Positions 60,908-64,000 of a DNA stretch of 64,000 bases are shown here, piece by piece. The translations under genes were made by a program, and so were the position numbers. Every line of letters begins with the position of its first letter. Positions within the stretch are counted from its first letter, which is position 1. Source of the DNA: Basidiobolus meristosporus CBS 931.73 (Eukaryota; Fungi; Basidiobolomycota); assembly GCA_002104905.1 (NCBI GenBank), contig MCFE01000244.1, positions 1 to 64,000 on the forward strand. The letters run 5' to 3'. The notes under the pieces were generated by a model. It had not been told where the DNA came from. It worked only from the letters and a program-made list of their open reading frames with translations, and ran no database searches.

Positions 60908-63900
60908 ATGTCTTCAAGAGACTCCGACTCCAGAAAGGCTCAGCCCAACAGACTTCGCCATGGACCTCGTCAATATCGAGCTAGAGGTGAATCCTCGACG
61001 GATGCCTCTGAGCTACCTCACGACACGGCAGCCCACCAGATTGGCGACATCCTTAGTTATTATCAGGAGCAGGATTCAGGGCAAGTTAAACGTCCTCAGC
61101 CCTCTTCCTACTCGCACCCCGCAGTGGAATTGAACGTAATGAAGGAATCGAATGGATTCGACCCTAGAGTCCTTGAGCAGCAATCATCAGAAGGCTTTCC
61201 TCGTCGACGGAAATCACTGATACGCCCTGAGCGACACCCGGTGGATAGACGATACCCCCGACGCATCAGCGAAGTGGAGGCAAGCGACACCGCCAACCGA
61301 TCGAGAAACTCGAAACACCCCGCATTGGACCGGAACGGGGCCTCTTTTCGATCCCTCAAGGGGGGAAAGCTGAAAGAGACTTCGGTCTTCTACAAAAGAG
61401 GCACCTGCCCTTCGGCATGGCAGATGTTTGCCACATGCGCTACCTTCTATGCGCCGAATCCGGTGCTTTCCTGCTGTGGTAAGGATTTGATTCCTCGTCA
61501 TGTTCATCAGTGGGCTTTGCTAACTTTGTTCCAGGCATGAAAACCAAGGAAATTCGTCAAGCTTGGCGGGAAAAGATGGCGTTGTGCACTGTGATTATTC
61601 TACTGTGTCTGGCGGTGGGATTTTTGACTTTCGGATTCCAGCAGGTCCTGTGCGGGTTCTCCAGTTCTATCAATCGAGTAAAGCATGGCTCTTTACAAGA
61701 AACGGATGCCATCATCAATGGCAAAGCCTTCAGCCTAGCTGATTACACACACCCTCCCGCCAGCAATGTGCCACAAGACGGGAAGCTTGTGCCTATTGCA
61801 GGAGGGCAGGATATCTCCTTTATGTTCCAAAATGTCAATGGTAATTGTAAGGGAGTGCTTAACGTTCAATCAGGGGCGGATGGAAACGGCAACGTGGTCA
61901 ATTATTTCCCTTGTGTCGTCCGTAATTCCACCACTCCGGCCAATCCCTCGGATAACCCTGACCACACCGGTTGTCACAGAAATCCTGCCGCAAGGGCAGC
62001 CGCGCAGAAGCTGAAGTTCGTTGGCGAAATCTATTACGAGTGGCCAGACATTTTGAAGCGAGATAGAAATCTGGTCGTTTACAATGGGCATGTGCTGGAC
62101 TTTGACCTTCTCAAATGGCTGGTCCCGGGAATACAGGCCCCTGCCCTATTCGCCGATTTTCTCGATGCCAAATCCCCCTACCGCGGAACAGACGTCACCT
62201 TCTTCATGGGAAATTACCATCGAGCGGAGGCCAAATGTGCCATGGATATTCTGAGGGTCGGGGCTTTAGACACCACCTCTATGGGGTGTATCATCTCGAA
62301 TGTCGTTCTGTACGTATCACTTATTGTGATCCTTGGTGTTGTCCTGGCCAAATTTTTCCTGGCGGTGTTCTTCGGCTGGGTGATCAGCTGGCGCTTGGGT
62401 ACCTTCCGCGAGGAAACCTACGAAGAGCGTATGCAACGTCTGGAGGCCATCGAGCAGTGGAGTGAAAATCCCAATAGACTGGCCGTGTCTGCAAATATGA
62501 GGGAAAGTAGCAACTTCCTGCCTAACATAAGCCGTTACTCCACGCCACCGCCCGTATACGATGTTAAACGGAGCTACCAGGTCAACTACGGCGCAGCACG
62601 TCTGGCCAACAACTCTAGCAACTCGCTTCTACCACCCAATCCTATGCATGGCCGCCATGTGCTTGGTAGATACAACACTCCTCCGGAATCCCCCGGCCCT
62701 TACTCCAGACGCTCCTCCCGTAGCTCCGCTACTTTCGGATCCAACCTGCACGTCCCGCCTGTCCCCCCTCCACCCACCTTCCAGCCGTTCAATTTCCAGC
62801 TTGCACATACCATTCTGTTGGTCACCTGTTACTCTGAAGGCGAGCAAGGAATGCGTACCACTCTAGACTCGCTTGCCCTGACCGATTATCCCGAGTCACA
62901 TAAGCTAATTTTGGTCATTGCTGACGGGATCATCACAGGCTCCGGAAACGCGCTGTCCACCCCAGATATCTGTCTGTCGATGATGAAAGACTTTGCACTC
63001 CCACCGGAGAATGTTCAGCCCTACTCGTATATCGCTATTGCCGACGGAGTGAAACGCCACAACATGGCCAAGGTGTTCGCTGGGTACTACAAATTCGACA
63101 ACGCCATCGTGCCTGCTGACAAACAGCCTAGGGTTCCTATGATACTGATCGCGAAATCCGGGAACTCCGAAGAGCAAAATCTACCGAAGCCCGGGAATCG
63201 AGGCAAACGTGATAGCCAGATCGTCCTGATGTCGTTCCTTCAGCATGTCATGTTCAACGATAGAATGACCGAGATGGAGTACGAATTGTTCAATGCGATA
63301 TGGAGTGTGACTGGAGTCAGCCCCGACAACTTCGAGATCGTTCTCATGGTGGACGCCGACACCAAGGTCTACCCGGACTCCGTTACGCGAATGGTCTCTT
63401 GTATGGTTCGTGATCCTCAGATCATGGGCCTTTGCGGAGAGACCAAGATTGCCAACAAGCGAGACTCGTGGGTGACCATGATACAGGTGTTTGAGTACTA
63501 CATCTCGCACCATCAAAGCAAGGCATTCGAGTCAATCTTTGGTGGTGTGACTTGCTTACCGGGCTGCTTTTGTATGTATCGCATCAAAGCGCCCAAGGGC
63601 CCTAACGGCTATTGGGTGCCAATCCTGGCAAGTCCCGAGATAGTCGAGCATTACAGCGAGAACGTTGTCGACACCCTGCACAAGAAAAACCTGCTGCTCC
63701 TCGGCGAGGACCGATATCTGACCACCCTCATGCTCCGCACCTTCCCTAAGCGAAAAATGATGTTTGTGCCTCAGGCGGTGTGCAAAACCGTTGTCCCGGA
63801 TACCTTCGGGGTTCTCTTGTCGCAGCGCCGCAGATGGATCAACTCCACGGTGCATAACCTACTCGAATTGGTGTTGATCCGCGACCTTTGCGGCACATTC

Positions 63901-64000
63901 TGTTTCTCCATGCAGTTTGTTGTGTTTATGGAGCTGGTTGGTACGGTCGTTCTACCGGCCGCCATCTCGTTCACCATCTACCTGGTAATCATTTCGTTCT
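60908..64000 (+). CDS. CHS3: Chitin synthase, division 2, class IV (yeast Chs3-like) with a b5-like region; 3' end runs beyond the window
   Basis: Exon 1 60908-61478, intron 61479-61534 (gtaagg...gctaac...ccag), exon 2 open to the end; motifs QAWREK, LVTCYSEG, GNRGKRDSQ, MVDADT, VTCLPGCF, LGEDRYLT, SQRRRWINST; class assigned by motif resemblance, symbol means ortholog class. Confidence 0.95.

Noticed and set aside
61766-63977. ORF-track entries over the chitin synthase region
   Set aside because: All are alternative-frame or antisense shadows of chitin synthase exon 2.
50283-64000. Biosynthetic gene cluster around the O-methyltransferase
   Set aside because: Neighbours (cyclin, EXS protein, 7TM, chitin synthase) have no pathway link and there is no backbone enzyme in the window.

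Overview
Eukaryotic, fungal DNA in two sharply different halves. The fungal call rests on short 56-72 nt GT-AG introns and a class IV chitin synthase; an early-diverging lineage is likely, but that is inference. Bases 1 to ~49,850 are a nested, strongly CpG-depleted transposon graveyard. It holds Ty1/copia and two Ty3/gypsy families, three solo-LTR families, many copies of a CACTA-related (CCC-terminal, TRC-type) DNA transposon with a divergent unknown accessory gene, and a possible hAT remnant. Bases ~49,900-64,000 are a CpG-normal gene island: a Pho80/Pcl-type cyclin, a 5-exon O-methyltransferase, an ERD1-like EXS protein, an orphan 7TM protein and a chitin synthase running off the window. 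The standout is a young PIF/Harbinger-superfamily (PHIS) element with 15-bp TIRs and AAT target duplications (Pangu-type signature). It has jumped, inverted, into the bidirectional promoter of another copy of itself (34,018-40,841). Both transposase ORFs are open and contain no CpG by my reading (all ~28 Arg codons are AGR). The CpG-rich accessory gene and ends are being destroyed by reciprocal CpG decay. This suggests a transposon whose catalytic gene has become immune to the host's CpG-directed mutational defence. All calls come from reading the sequence by eye; no database searches were run.
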